DNA from: Candidatus Marinacidobacterales bacterium
Lineage (GTDB): Bacteria; Acidobacteriota; Vicinamibacteria; Marinacidobacterales; SMYC01
NCBI GenBank assembly: GCA_965237955.1
Contig: OZ250169.1
Span: 6,496,001-6,560,000 of the forward strand
DNA: 64,000 nucleotides
Reading direction: 5' to 3'
How positions within the stretch are numbered: position 1 is the stretch's first letter; the number at the start of each line of letters is the position of its first letter. The position numbers and the translations under genes were made by a program. Shown here piece by piece: positions 50,012-60,499 of the stretch. The notes beneath the pieces are model-generated. The model was not told the origin of the DNA. It did no database searches and worked only from the letters and a program-made list of their open reading frames with translations.

Positions 50012-51019
50012 ATGCGTTCTTACCAGCTCGGCACATTCGGGCTCGAAAACCTCGAGCTCACAGAAATCGAACCGGCCTCTCCTGGGCCGGGAGAGGTCGC
50101 CGTCGACGTGCGCGCGTTCAGCTTGAACTACCGCGATCTGCTGGTGATCCAAGGATACTACAATCCCAAACTGAGCCTGCCCGCTACGCCCGCGAGCGAC
50201 GGTGCTGGAGTTGTGGCCGCCGTGGGCGAAGGCGTCACCCGCGTGAACAAAGACGATCGCGTGATGACGCAGTTCGTCGCCGACTGGGTCGAGGGCCCTT
50301 TCGAGAGGCGATACGTAGGCTCGACGCTTGGGGTGCCCGGACCGGGGCTCGCGGCCGAGCGCGTGATCCTGCCCGAGAGCGCTGTCGTACCGATCCCGAA
50401 GGGCTACAACTTTGCACAAGCATCGACGCTTCCCATCGCCGCGCTGACGGCGTGGAGCGTACTTGTCACAGAGGGAGGCCTCGAGCCCGGCGGGACGGTG
50501 TTGACTCTCGGAACCGGCGGGGTGTCGGTCTTCGCACTACAGCTCGGGAAAGCGATGGGCGCGCGCGTGATCATCACGTCATCGAGCGACGAGAAGCTCG
50601 CGCGTGCGAAAGATCTCGGCGCCGACCACACCATCAACTACCAAGAGAACCCGCGCTGGGACAGGACGGTTTTGGAGCTCACCGAAGGGCATGGCGCCGA
50701 CATCGTCGTCGAAACCGGAGGGATCGCGACGATGACGACATCGATGAAAGCGGCCGCGGCAGGGGGTGTCGTTGGTGTTCTTGGCGGCGTCACTGGACTT
50801 TCCGGCAACATCAACATCGCACCGCTGGTAATGAAACGATTACGAGTGACTGGTATCCTCGTCGACTCGCGCGCTCAATTCGAAAAACTCGTGGAGTTTC
50901 TCGAGACCCACCGCATCGAGCCGGTCATCGATCGCAGGTTTGCGTTCGAAGAGTTTCCGACCGCTTTACGCCATATGGAGGCAGGTAGTCATTTCGGCAA
51001 GATCGTGGTCGAAGTGTAG
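50012..51019 (+). CDS. NAD(P)-dependent MDR-family oxidoreductase (alcohol dehydrogenase-like)
   Basis: SLNYRD, PASDGAG, GTGGVS, TSSSDEKL, HFGKIVV. Confidence 0.9.
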   Translation: MRSYQLGTFGLENLELTEIEPASPGPGEVAVDVRAFSLNYRDLLVIQGYYNPKLSLPATPASDGAGVVAAVGEGVTRVNKDDRVMTQFVADWVEGPFERRYVGSTLGVPGPGLAAERVILPESAVVPIPKGYNFAQASTLPIAALTAWSVLVTEGGLEPGGTVLTLGTGGVSVFALQLGKAMGARVIITSSSDEKLARAKDLGADHTINYQENPRWDRTVLELTEGHGADIVVETGGIATMTTSMKAAAAGGVVGVLGGVTGLSGNINIAPLVMKRLRVTGILVDSRAQFEKLVEFLETHRIEPVIDRRFAFEEFPTALRHMEAGSHFGKIVVEV

Positions 51020-51026
51020 CCGAACC

Positions 51027-51196
51027 TCACTCGCTCGAGGACTCGAGCTCCATCACCCAGACGTCGCTTTCGAACTCGGTGAGGGTGAAGTAGAAGTTTT
51101 CGCCGTCCGCCGACCACTCCGGGCGTATTCGACGCCCATGCCGCCGCGGCTCAGCTCTTGCTTGACTTCATAGTGGGAGAGCGTGCGGCCTAACAT
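51027..51196 (-). pseudogene. Collapsed Ser/Thr kinase-PD40 gene (only the extreme N- and C-termini remain)
   Basis: MLGRTLSHYEVKQELSRGGMGV joined out of frame to PEWSADGENFYFTLTEFESDVWVMEL...*. Confidence 0.7.
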
Positions 51197-51254
51197 CTGG
51201 ACCCAAAGTAATGCTCCAGGGAGAGGAAAGTCAACGTCGCCTTGCGTCAAGCCC

Positions 51255-51947
51255 TTAAGGATCCTTCAAGTCGAAGCGGCGTCTCAGGTAGAACACGGCG
51301 GCGTAGAAGACGGGTGTGTCCAGTAGCGCCATCGTCCATTTGAACAGGACGCCGTTCATGAAGAGGACGGGAAAGCGCTCCCACGTTACCCCCGGTGTTC
51401 CGAGCGCTGCGAGCAGACTGTTGACCAGTGCGGTGTCCACCACTTGAGAAGTGATGGTGCTCGCGTTGTTGCGAAGCCACAAGTGCTTGCCGTGCGTCAG
51501 GCGTTTCCAGAAGTGAAACAGGCGAATGTCGAGATACTGCGCGCCGAGGTACGCGACCATCGACGCGGTGACGGCCATCCACTGAACCCCGAAGACGCGC
51601 TGGAACGTGGCGTTATCGACCGGGCTCCACGATGTCGCTTCCACGAACGACGAAACCAGTACCAGTCCGAGCACGAACAGGCTCGCGATGAGGCCGCTGG
51701 TGACGACGCGATCGGCGCGCTCTTTCCCGTAGATCTCCGAGAGAATATCAGTGACGAGAAACGTTACCGGGTACGCGAGGATGCCGACCGACTGTTCGAA
51801 CTGAATGCTCGCTCCGAAGAGCGAGAAGTCCCAGATGAAAAATTTCTGGAAGATGAGATTGCAGGTGACGAGCGCGGCGATGAAGACGGCCGCGAGCACC
51901 AGGTAGAACTGCTCGTACGCCGCGCGTTGGTCGCCAGGTATGTTCAC
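51255..51947 (-). CDS. Queuosine precursor transporter (YhhQ/Vut_1 family)
   Basis: YPVTFLVTDILSEIYG, SMVAYLGAQ, LWLRNNASTITSQVVDT, ALLDTP. Confidence 0.88.
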   Translation of the reverse strand: MNIPGDQRAAYEQFYLVLAAVFIAALVTCNLIFQKFFIWDFSLFGASIQFEQSVGILAYPVTFLVTDILSEIYGKERADRVVTSGLIASLFVLGLVLVSSFVEATSWSPVDNATFQRVFGVQWMAVTASMVAYLGAQYLDIRLFHFWKRLTHGKHLWLRNNASTITSQVVDTALVNSLLAALGTPGVTWERFPVLFMNGVLFKWTMALLDTPVFYAAVFYLRRRFDLKDP

Positions 51948-51958
51948 ATAAGATACGC

Positions 51959-52336
51959 TCACGTGAAGAGGGGTTCCGTCTCCTTGTTGAGTAAAACCCA
52001 GAGCCCGTAGCCGCCCAAAATCGTTCCGAACGGAAAGTTGAGCAAGTTGAGCGCCGAGAGAACGAGACCGAGGATGCGAGCCCACGCTTTGAACTTGACT
52101 AGCCCGATGCCGACGGCAAGGCCGGGAACCGACAGGAGGGTAATGAGGCTAAAGACAGCGACGGCCACGATCCCAAGGATGGGTGCGGCCACCGCGGCGT
52201 CGGGCTCCTGTTGCGCGACCATGCCGGCAATCCCTGCCGCACCGCCGAGTACCACCAGAAATAGGAAGGCGATCAGCATCCCGAAAACGCTGAAGGCAAT
52301 GTAGAGAACGCCGAGGATGGAAACGTGTTGCTTCAT
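51959..52336 (-). CDS. Small integral membrane protein
   Basis: Hydrophobic segments; WARILG..LNLLNFPFGTILGGYGLWVLL. Confidence 0.75.
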   Translation of the reverse strand: MKQHVSILGVLYIAFSVFGMLIAFLFLVVLGGAAGIAGMVAQQEPDAAVAAPILGIVAVAVFSLITLLSVPGLAVGIGLVKFKAWARILGLVLSALNLLNFPFGTILGGYGLWVLLNKETEPLFT

Positions 52337-52360
52337 CGGAGATTCAGGTCCGCTCACCGT

Positions 52361-54241
52361 TCACCTCAAATATTCTTCTGCCCACCGTTCGAAAACCATC
52401 AGCGGAAAGAGCTGATGGGCATGGTTGGCGCGGCCTTCGACGTGCTCGCGCCGCAGCCGCTCCACTTCCGTCCACTCGAACAGGCCGCGACTCTCGATGC
52501 GCTCCTGGTTCAGGAGCTCGTCCATGAGCGGTCTGAGCTCGCGGCGTAGCCAATTCTTCATCGGAATGCTGAACCCTTCTTTCTGGCGATGAAGAATGCG
52601 TTCCGGGAGCACGCCTTCCATGGCTTTCTTCAACACGTATTTCCGTGTTCCGCCTCTGAGCTTCATATGCCCGGGCATGCGGAACGCGAGCTCGATGACG
52701 TCGCGATCGAGAAACGGTGCCCTCGCTTCGAGCGACGTCGCCATGCTCATGCGATCGACCTTGACGAGAATGTCGTCGGACAGAAAGAGCTTGAAATCGG
52801 CGAAGAGCTGCCGGTTGAGGAGGTCATCGCGATTCTCGCCGAGCTTGGCGAGCACGGGCAGCGTTGGATCGCTCGAGCGGAGCGTGTTCGAAAAACTCCT
52901 CGAGTACAAACGCGCTTTCGATTCTGGTGTCACGTGCGTGAGCCATCGATAGTGCTCGAGCTCGGGGGCCGATGCCGCGCCGGCGAGAAACCGCTTCACC
53001 TTGTTGACCAAGCCCTTCTTCTTCTCGCTCGGTGGTACCCACTCGCTCAGGTTGTGGAGCATCGAGAGCGCCCTCCTGCCGGGAAACCGCGCGAGCGTTC
53101 TCGCCACGCGGTCGGCGACGTACCAGTCGTATCCGGCAAAGAGCTCGTCCCCACCGTCGCCGGAGAGAACCACCTTGACGTCTTTCGCAGCGACCTGGGA
53201 AACGAGATACGTAGGGAAGAGCGAGGTGTCCGCAAACGGCTCGTCGAGGTGCACGATGAGCTTGTCGAAGAGCTCGACCACATTCGGCTCGATAGTTTCC
53301 TCGTGATGCTCGGTCTTGAAGAGCCGGGCGATCTCGCGCGCGTAGGAGGATTCGTCGTAGCTTCCTTCGGCAAACGCAATCGAGAACGTCTTGATCGGTT
53401 GTGCGGAAGCCTCGGCCATGAGCGCTACCACCGTGCTCGAATCAAGGCCTCCGGACAAGAACGCGCCGAACGGCACATCCGACATCATCTGAGAGGTGAC
53501 CGCGCGGCCGAGTGTGTCCCTCAGCTCTTCGATCCATTCGCTCTCGCTGCGCTCGGCGTCGGTTTCAGACGGCGCGTGCCAGTACGGCCATGTGCGCACC
53601 TCGCCGTTTTCGATGGTCATCGCGTGCGCCGGCGGGAGCTTTTTCACTCCCTCGAAGATCGTGCGCGGCGCGATGATGAACTCGTAGGTCAAGAACCCAT
53701 CGAGCGCCTCCGGATCCAATGTCCGCGGAATGTCGGTCCGAGCTAGAAGTGATTTGATCTCCGACGCGAAGACGATGTCGTCACCGCCGTCGTAGTAGTA
53801 CAGAGGCTTCTCCCCCGCGCGGTCGCGGGCGGCGAGAAGGCGCTTTTGGGGTCCATCCCAGAGCGCGAATGCGAACTGGCCGTTCACGTGCTCGGCGACG
53901 TGGTCGCCCCACTCTTCGTAGCCGTGGACGATGACCTCCATGTCGGAGCCGGTGCGGAAGCGATGGCCTTTGGCGACGAGCTGGTCGCGGAGGACGCGGT
54001 AGTTGTAAATCTCGCCGTTGCCGACAAAGGTGAGGGTCTCGTCTTCGTTTTGAATCGGCTGGCGGCCACCGGCAACGTCGATGATCGAGAGCCGCTTCAA
54101 TCCGAGCGCAACGCCCGGAAGCGTAATCACGCCGGTGTCATCGGGACCGCGATGGTGGAGCTTTTCGACCATTCGATCGATGAGCGCGGGGTCGAGGCGT
54201 TTGTCAGAGTCGCGAGTGACGACTCCAGCAATGCCGCACAT
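52361..54241 (-). CDS. asnB: Asparagine synthase (glutamine-hydrolysing)-family amidotransferase
   Basis: MCGIAG, HRGPDD, RLSIID, FLSGGLDSS, SGDGGDELFAGY, KVDRMSMA. Confidence 0.9.
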   Translation of the reverse strand: MCGIAGVVTRDSDKRLDPALIDRMVEKLHHRGPDDTGVITLPGVALGLKRLSIIDVAGGRQPIQNEDETLTFVGNGEIYNYRVLRDQLVAKGHRFRTGSDMEVIVHGYEEWGDHVAEHVNGQFAFALWDGPQKRLLAARDRAGEKPLYYYDGGDDIVFASEIKSLLARTDIPRTLDPEALDGFLTYEFIIAPRTIFEGVKKLPPAHAMTIENGEVRTWPYWHAPSETDAERSESEWIEELRDTLGRAVTSQMMSDVPFGAFLSGGLDSSTVVALMAEASAQPIKTFSIAFAEGSYDESSYAREIARLFKTEHHEETIEPNVVELFDKLIVHLDEPFADTSLFPTYLVSQVAAKDVKVVLSGDGGDELFAGYDWYVADRVARTLARFPGRRALSMLHNLSEWVPPSEKKKGLVNKVKRFLAGAASAPELEHYRWLTHVTPESKARLYSRSFSNTLRSSDPTLPVLAKLGENRDDLLNRQLFADFKLFLSDDILVKVDRMSMATSLEARAPFLDRDVIELAFRMPGHMKLRGGTRKYVLKKAMEGVLPERILHRQKEGFSIPMKNWLRRELRPLMDELLNQERIESRGLFEWTEVERLRREHVEGRANHAHQLFPLMVFERWAEEYLR

Positions 54242-54254
54242 GATCTACGAAGTC

Positions 54255-55403
54255 TCAGGCAGGTGAAGACCCGTTGAATCGGGCCGCTAGCTTCTCGCTT
54301 CCGAGCTCCATCACGAACTTGAGGTAGGGGAAAACTTGTTTCATGGCGGCGGAGTTGACGAAGCATGGGCTCGCACAGCTCGGACACACCTTGTCGAGCA
54401 ATTCCTGCCGCATCGCCAAATTCTCGCGGTCGTAGTAGAAATCCTTCGGGTCACCCTCGCGCACGTTCCCGATGACACGGCTGTTCTCGCAATACGTGAG
54501 GTCGCCATTCGGGTTCAACAACAACCCCTGGTCCATCGACGGGCAGGGCATGGTGCGCTTCATCCCGTTCTGGAACATCTTCACGTACGCCTGGTACAGG
54601 AACGCATCGCCGTCAACCAGCGAAGACTCGCGCACGCGCTTTCGGAAGAACTCCACCAGTTGCGGGAAGTCTTCCTCTTTGAGGTCCGTCGACTCCACGA
54701 GATCCATGTTCCCGAATGCGAGCTCGGAGTACCGGGCAATGGCGAAGACGACGTTCAAGTTCTCTTTCTTGCAAAGCTCGTAAATGCGCTCGCCTTCTTC
54801 GAGGTTTTGGGCGGTGAACGTAAACGAAACGCCGAAGTTGAAGAACTTCTTCTTCTGAAGCTCCTGCATTTCCCGGACGGTATCCATCGCGCGTTCGAAC
54901 GCATGCCATACACGCCGGATGTCTTCGTGGGCGTCACCCACACCGTCGAGGCTCACCCGGGTTCCGAATACGAAGCCGTGCTCGTTGGCCACGTCGATGA
55001 TCTCGTCGAGGGTTTTGACGACGCGCTCTTTGACGAAGCCGTTGGTATTCAAGGTCATCTTCCGGAGCCGCGGCATGTTGTCCGCCATGGCGCGGACGAT
55101 GTCCGCCATGTCCTTGCGGAGGGTCGGCTCGCCGCCGGTGATACCGAGGTACTCGATCGAGCGGAAGAGCTCACTCGAGAACGTCTTCCGGTACTCGTCC
55201 GTGGTCAGATCATCGTGGTACGGAAGCTTCCACGAGTTGCACATGACGCACTTCGAGTCGCACTTGTAGGAGACGTTGAAAATAAGGACCGTGGGCGCGA
55301 TGGCCTTGAATCTTCCGACGACCTGGGTCTTGACGAAATCCGCCGGAAGCGACGGCAGACTCGTTTTCAAAAGCTGGCCCACGTAGTGATTGTTACCAAA
55401 CAT
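54255..55403 (-). CDS. Radical SAM protein with a SPASM/twitch-like C-terminus
   Basis: CDSKCVMC, ITGGEP, NTNG, VSLDG; Cys-rich C-terminus CPSM..YC..CPSCASPC. Confidence 0.88.
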   Translation of the reverse strand: MFGNNHYVGQLLKTSLPSLPADFVKTQVVGRFKAIAPTVLIFNVSYKCDSKCVMCNSWKLPYHDDLTTDEYRKTFSSELFRSIEYLGITGGEPTLRKDMADIVRAMADNMPRLRKMTLNTNGFVKERVVKTLDEIIDVANEHGFVFGTRVSLDGVGDAHEDIRRVWHAFERAMDTVREMQELQKKKFFNFGVSFTFTAQNLEEGERIYELCKKENLNVVFAIARYSELAFGNMDLVESTDLKEEDFPQLVEFFRKRVRESSLVDGDAFLYQAYVKMFQNGMKRTMPCPSMDQGLLLNPNGDLTYCENSRVIGNVREGDPKDFYYDRENLAMRQELLDKVCPSCASPCFVNSAAMKQVFPYLKFVMELGSEKLAARFNGSSPA

Positions 55404-56173
55404 TATTTGTCTCTGCGATCCCGCACCGGCTTCGCGGGAACGCCGGCAGCGATGTGATAAGCGGGTACTTTTTCGAGCACGATGGCGCCCGCGCCAATAA
55501 TAGCATGCTCTCCGACATCGACCCCGCCGGCCACCACCGCGTGCGCCCCGAGCCAGCAACCGTCTCCGATAGTAATGGGAAGACCGATCCGGCCCTGCTG
55601 GGAGACGGGGATATCGAGGCGGTCGTGCATGTGGTCGCCGCCGACGAGGTAGACGTAGGCCGCGAGCATCACGTCCTTCCCAACCCGAATTTTGTCCGCG
55701 GAGAAGATCTCGCAGTTGAAGCCGATGTTCGCCCGCTCCTCGAGATGGATGTCGCCGTTTTTGCAGGAAAGGATGGTGTTGCGCCCGATGAAAACCCCGT
55801 CATCGAGAACGATGCCGCTGTTGTCGATCCCCTTCGCATCGAGAAGGACGTTGTCATCGACGACGACATCGTTTCCGATACGAATCTTGTGCGGGTGTCG
55901 CAGCACGACGTTTTGGCCGAAGGTCACGTTCCTTCCACATGCGCCGAGCACCAGTGGGTAGAGCTTGGCGCGGACGAACAGGCCGAGCGCACCGGGCACC
56001 CACGCCCAGAACATCACCAGCTCGTGGAGCATGAGCGCGAACAGACCGGGCCGGCCGACGACGAGCTCGGCGTATTTCTGAACCTTCCCCCTGTTTCGAT
56101 CCGAGAGCTCCGTTTGAGCGACGTGGATGCGCTGGTCGTTGAGTTGTGACGGGGGTTGAGAGGCCGAATCCAT
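55403..56173 (-). CDS. Hexapeptide-repeat acyltransferase
   Basis: Left-handed beta-helix repeats, [16 protein letters not shown]. Confidence 0.88.
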   Translation of the reverse strand: MDSASQPPSQLNDQRIHVAQTELSDRNRGKVQKYAELVVGRPGLFALMLHELVMFWAWVPGALGLFVRAKLYPLVLGACGRNVTFGQNVVLRHPHKIRIGNDVVVDDNVLLDAKGIDNSGIVLDDGVFIGRNTILSCKNGDIHLEERANIGFNCEIFSADKIRVGKDVMLAAYVYLVGGDHMHDRLDIPVSQQGRIGLPITIGDGCWLGAHAVVAGGVDVGEHAIIGAGAIVLEKVPAYHIAAGVPAKPVRDRRDK

Positions 56174-56183
56174 GCCGTCTATA

Positions 56184-57164
56184 TTAGACCCACCCTGCGG
56201 CACGATACCACTCGAGAGTCGCGGCGATACCGGCGTCGAGCTCGACCGTCGGCTCCCAGCGGAGAATCTCGCGCGCTTTGTCGATCTTGAAGGCGCGATC
56301 CTTGCGAAAGAAATCGAGTCGGCGCCGGTGAAGCGGAGGCTCGATGCCGAGCGGCCGGCACACAACTTCACAGACAGCAGCGGCAGCGTAGAGCGGACCC
56401 GCGGGCAGCCGGAGCCACGGCGGCGCGACGCCGGCCTTTTTGGCAATGAGCTCGACGAGCTCTTTGATCGTCGTGTAACGGGCGCCCGCAAGGATGAACG
56501 CCTCTCCGTTCACGCCGGCTCCCATCTCCGCGGCCCGGATGAAACCGCGCGCGACGTCCTCCACATGCGTCAAGTGGTAGAACACGTCGCCTCTGCCGAT
56601 CATCGGGAACTTGCGGCGCGCGACGCCGCGGAACAATTTCACAAAGCGACGATCGCCGGGTCCGTAGATACCTACCGGTCGAAGCACCACGACGGGCAAC
56701 CCGCGATCACGGTGCAGACCGAGCATGACGCGCTCTGCCTCGACTTTCGTTTGTTGGTAGATGTCGCCCGGGTTGTACGGAGAGTTTTCGTCGGCAGGCG
56801 GCGCGACTTCTCCGTGAACCCCGCACGTGCTGCAATACAGAAACGGGATACCGCCTTCGGCGAGCGCCGCTTCGCCGAGAAGGCGCGTCCCGTCGACGTT
56901 GACTTGCCGATAGTAATCGTCACTCAGCCGCGCTTCTCGGTAAACCGCGGCGATGTGGAAGATGCGCTCGACGCCCGCGACCGCCTCGCGCAAACGCGTC
57001 CCATTCGTCAGCTCGCCTTCGAAGCGCTCGACGTCGATTCCTTTCAGGAGCGTCAGGTCGCTGGTCTGTCGCACGAGGGCTCGGACCTCGTGGCCCGCTT
57101 CACGCAGCAGACGCGCTAAATGGCTGCCTGTAAACCCATTAGCGCCAGTGACGAGCACTTTCAC
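56184..57164 (-). CDS. NAD-dependent epimerase/dehydratase
   Basis: [26 protein letters not shown]. Confidence 0.9.
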   Translation of the reverse strand: MKVLVTGANGFTGSHLARLLREAGHEVRALVRQTSDLTLLKGIDVERFEGELTNGTRLREAVAGVERIFHIAAVYREARLSDDYYRQVNVDGTRLLGEAALAEGGIPFLYCSTCGVHGEVAPPADENSPYNPGDIYQQTKVEAERVMLGLHRDRGLPVVVLRPVGIYGPGDRRFVKLFRGVARRKFPMIGRGDVFYHLTHVEDVARGFIRAAEMGAGVNGEAFILAGARYTTIKELVELIAKKAGVAPPWLRLPAGPLYAAAAVCEVVCRPLGIEPPLHRRRLDFFRKDRAFKIDKAREILRWEPTVELDAGIAATLEWYRAAGWV

Positions 57165-57284
57165 GTAGGTATTATAGGTGCTGGACAGGTGGATCTCGCT
57201 ATCGAGCTTGTGATAAGCTGAATTTTTTGATTTGCCGCGTACGGCGTACGAAAACCACGTGATTACGGAGGACAATCCAAGAAC

Positions 57285-58313
57285 ATGAGCACCCAACTAC
57301 TCAGGTACTTCATCTTTGGAACGATGCTCGCCCTCGCGGCGACAGGGTTCATCGCTTGTAGCGACAGCAGCAACGGTGGCGGTGGCGGTAGCGGTGGCAC
57401 CGGAGCAACGATCACCATTACCGCTCCCGGAATCGTGGGCCCGCAAGGGAACCTTTCCGAAAACCCGCCGACCCTTACGGTGATCAACGTCACCGTGAGC
57501 GACGGCAGCACGGCGACCTATACATTCCAAGTCGCGACCGAGCAGGCGTTCGCGAGTATTCTCCGCCAGATCACTGGTGTTGCGCAGGGCTCGGCGCAAA
57601 CGAGCTGGACTCTCCGGACGGCGTTCCCGGGTGGAACCTACTTTTGGAGGGCGCGGGGCGTCTCTGGCGGCATCAACGGAGTGTGGTCGGCCGTAGCTCA
57701 AATCGTCGCGTCCGGCGGCGGGGGCACTCAACCGGGCGAAACCCAAGTCGTGTTCGATCCCCTCACCAACGGGATGACTCTGGGCGAGCGCTCCGGCGGG
57801 ACGTTCACCGACCAGGGGTGGCGCGTCGAAAGGAACGCTGATTTCATTCGCTACGAGGTTCCGACGGTGACCAATGGCTACGTGCAGTGGGAAAACGTCG
57901 GCCTCACGCGGCGGGGCGCGAACGACGCTTCCCACATGCTCTTTGGGATGTGGGACCCGGACGCCGGCGCGTTTCGCCAGAACGCGTTCCGCGTGCACGT
58001 GCAAAAGCTTTGGAACAACCCGCACAACCCACCGTTCATGCGTTTCCGCTGGATCTCGCAAGGGCGCGAGGGCGACGCCGGCCACGGTTTCACGAATTGG
58101 AACCCGGGCCAAGTCTACACGTTCCGTGTGGATTGGGGCCCCACGGGCGCGGCGAACACAGCCCGCGTCTTCCTCGACGGCCAGGAGATCATGACGATTG
58201 GTTACAACCGCACCTACGCGCCCAACACGCACTTCATCGAGCTCGGCATCCAAGCGCGAGGTGAATCCGTCATCGACGCGATTTATCGCAACTTCACGGT
58301 GGTAAGACGCTAA
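57285..58313 (+). CDS. Putative lipoprotein (Ig/Fn3-like + beta-sandwich), paralog 1
   Basis: Lipobox FIAC, Gly-rich linker, TYTFQVA, YFWRAR; RBS GGAGG. Confidence 0.72.
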   Translation: MSTQLLRYFIFGTMLALAATGFIACSDSSNGGGGGSGGTGATITITAPGIVGPQGNLSENPPTLTVINVTVSDGSTATYTFQVATEQAFASILRQITGVAQGSAQTSWTLRTAFPGGTYFWRARGVSGGINGVWSAVAQIVASGGGGTQPGETQVVFDPLTNGMTLGERSGGTFTDQGWRVERNADFIRYEVPTVTNGYVQWENVGLTRRGANDASHMLFGMWDPDAGAFRQNAFRVHVQKLWNNPHNPPFMRFRWISQGREGDAGHGFTNWNPGQVYTFRVDWGPTGAANTARVFLDGQEIMTIGYNRTYAPNTHFIELGIQARGESVIDAIYRNFTVVRR

Positions 58314-58334
58314 TTGAGTCAGGAAGCGAGCAAC

Positions 58335-59369
58335 GTGATTCAGCAACGACGACTCTTCACCTCGTGTGTGGTGCTTGTCTCGGCAGTGCTCGCACTCGCC
58401 GGGTGCAGTGATGAGGGCGGGGGCGGCAGCGGCGGCTCTACCGGAGGGAGTGTCACCATCACCGCGCCCGGTATCGTGAGCCCGGCCAACGGGAGCCAAG
58501 TCACGGGCCAGGCCACGCTTACGGTCTCGAACGTCACCGTGAGCGGGGGCAGTGGCACGCCTACTTACACGTTTCAAGTCGCCGGCGAATCCGGATTTGC
58601 TAACATCATCGCGCAAGCCGCCGGCATCGCTCAGGGCGGCGGAGGCCAGACATCATGGACCGCCGGCTCGGAGGTCGGAAGCGGGCAGGTTTTCTGGCGC
58701 GCCCGCGCTTCGGTGGGCGCGACCCAAGGCCCGTTCTCGAGCGCCGGCAACTTCCAGTTCCAGGGAGGCCCGGCAACGGGCGGCTCGACCGACCAGGTGC
58801 TGCTGTTCGATCCGTTGATGGGCTCGAGCCTCGGCGACGTCGGCGGCGGTGAGTTCACCGACGAGGGATGGAAAGTCATCGCGAGCTCGAACTTCATCGT
58901 TTACGACATGCAAACGATCGAGACGGGCTTTCTCGAGTTCGATGTCAAAGGCCTCGACATCCGAAACCTGACGCGCGACGCGCGCCATTTGTTCTTCATG
59001 TGGGATCCGAGTCTCGGGAGCGACATGACCTCGAACCGGTTCCGCGTCAGCCTGCAAAAGCTCGACGGCCGAAGCTCGATAAACGATCGTTGGCTGCGGC
59101 TGCGCTTCATTACCCAGGGGCGACGAACCGACGTGGGCAGCACATTTCGCGGTTGGACGCCCGAGCGGACGTATCGCATCCGCCTCGAGTGGGGACGGGA
59201 AGGCGACGTCAACGTGTGCCGGCTCTTTATCGACAACGAACAGAAGATGTTCTTCCAGTACCGACGGCCATACATCCCGGCGCTCCACCGCATCGAGCTC
59301 GGTGCCGCCGGACGCGCGGAAACACCGGAAGACGCGATCTACTCGAATGTCACGATTGGTACGAGGTAG
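58335..59369 (+). CDS. Putative lipoprotein, paralog 2
   Basis: Lipobox LAGC; shares TITAPGIV, TYTFQVA, FWRAR, FDPL, GxFTDxGW, MWDP, FRV..QKL and IELG with paralog 1. Confidence 0.72.
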   Translation: MIQQRRLFTSCVVLVSAVLALAGCSDEGGGGSGGSTGGSVTITAPGIVSPANGSQVTGQATLTVSNVTVSGGSGTPTYTFQVAGESGFANIIAQAAGIAQGGGGQTSWTAGSEVGSGQVFWRARASVGATQGPFSSAGNFQFQGGPATGGSTDQVLLFDPLMGSSLGDVGGGEFTDEGWKVIASSNFIVYDMQTIETGFLEFDVKGLDIRNLTRDARHLFFMWDPSLGSDMTSNRFRVSLQKLDGRSSINDRWLRLRFITQGRRTDVGSTFRGWTPERTYRIRLEWGREGDVNVCRLFIDNEQKMFFQYRRPYIPALHRIELGAAGRAETPEDAIYSNVTIGTR

Positions 59370-59373
59370 AAGA

Positions 59374-59457
59374 GCTCAACGCAAAGACGCCAAGACGCGG
59401 AGACGCAAAGACATTTCGATTCACTTTGCGCCTTCGCGACGTTGCGCCTTTGCGTTT
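59374..59457. repeat. REP-like palindromic repeat, copy 2; possible bidirectional terminator
   Basis: AACGCAAAG..GACGCAAAG / CTTTGCG..CTTTGCGTT long hairpin between convergent genes. Confidence 0.7.
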
Positions 59458-60467
59458 TATTTTTCTTCGTCGTCGCCTAGGATGTCCCTAATTGCGTACG
59501 GCTTGGTGCGGCCACTTTCCTGGTTCAGACGTACCAGGAGCTCCCCGATTAGGCCGAGGCTGACCAGCTGGAGCCCGCCGAGCATCAAGAGACTCGCGAG
59601 CAGGAGTAGCGGACGCCCTCCAATGGGTTGGCCGAGACCGAACTTGACCCACGTCAAGTAGCCCCCGAAGAACAACCCGACACTACCCATGAGAAGCCCG
59701 GCCGAGCCGAAGATCTGCAAGGGACGGCGCGAATAGCTCAGGAGGAACTTCACCGTCATCAAGTCGAGGATGACGCGGAAGGTTCGGGAAATCCCGTACT
59801 TCGATTCTCCTTGGTTGCGCGGCCGGTGCCCGACAACGACTTCGTCGATCGAGACACCGATGCTGCTCGCGACCGCCGGGATGAAGCGATGCATTTCCCC
59901 ATAGAGGTGCAGATTTTTCACGACGTCCGAGCGGAACGCCTTGAGCGTGCAGCCGTAGTCGTGCAGCCGCACGCCCGTGGTCACGGAGATGAGCCAGTTC
60001 GCGATTTGGGAAGGCAAGCGCCGGGACCAAAACGGATCTTTGCGATCTTTGCGCCAGCCACAAACGATGTCGAAACCGCCATCGAGTCGTTCGAGCAGAA
60101 GCGGGATGTCCCGCGGCTCGTTCTGCAAATCGGCATCGAGGGTAACGATCACGGGAGAGCGCGCTTCGTCGAAGCCGGCCGCGAGCGCCGCCGTCTGCCC
60201 GAAATTCTTGCGGAAGCGAATCACGCGAACGCGTGGGTCTTGATGATGCAACGAGCTCAACAAAGCGAAGCTCGCGTCGGTGCTGCCGTCGTCGATGAAG
60301 ATGATCTCGTAGCGCTTGCCGTACGGCTCGAGGGCATCGGTAATTTCCTGGTGGAGCTTCGGGAGATTCCCCTCTTCGTTGAAGACGGGGATGACGAGCG
60401 AGACGTCAGGGGACTGAGTGGCCAGCTTCGAGCCACGCTCCGCCTGCATCTCGGTCTTCGACGGCAT
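59457..60467 (-). CDS. Glycosyltransferase family 2 (ArnC/DPM-like)
   Basis: VIPVFNEE, IDDGSTD, NFGQTAA, LDADLQN, HDYGC, two C-terminal TMs. Confidence 0.92.
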   Translation of the reverse strand: MPSKTEMQAERGSKLATQSPDVSLVIPVFNEEGNLPKLHQEITDALEPYGKRYEIIFIDDGSTDASFALLSSLHHQDPRVRVIRFRKNFGQTAALAAGFDEARSPVIVTLDADLQNEPRDIPLLLERLDGGFDIVCGWRKDRKDPFWSRRLPSQIANWLISVTTGVRLHDYGCTLKAFRSDVVKNLHLYGEMHRFIPAVASSIGVSIDEVVVGHRPRNQGESKYGISRTFRVILDLMTVKFLLSYSRRPLQIFGSAGLLMGSVGLFFGGYLTWVKFGLGQPIGGRPLLLLASLLMLGGLQLVSLGLIGELLVRLNQESGRTKPYAIRDILGDDEEK

Positions 60468-60499
60468 CGCCAAAGTATATACTAGCGCGGGAGTTAGGT

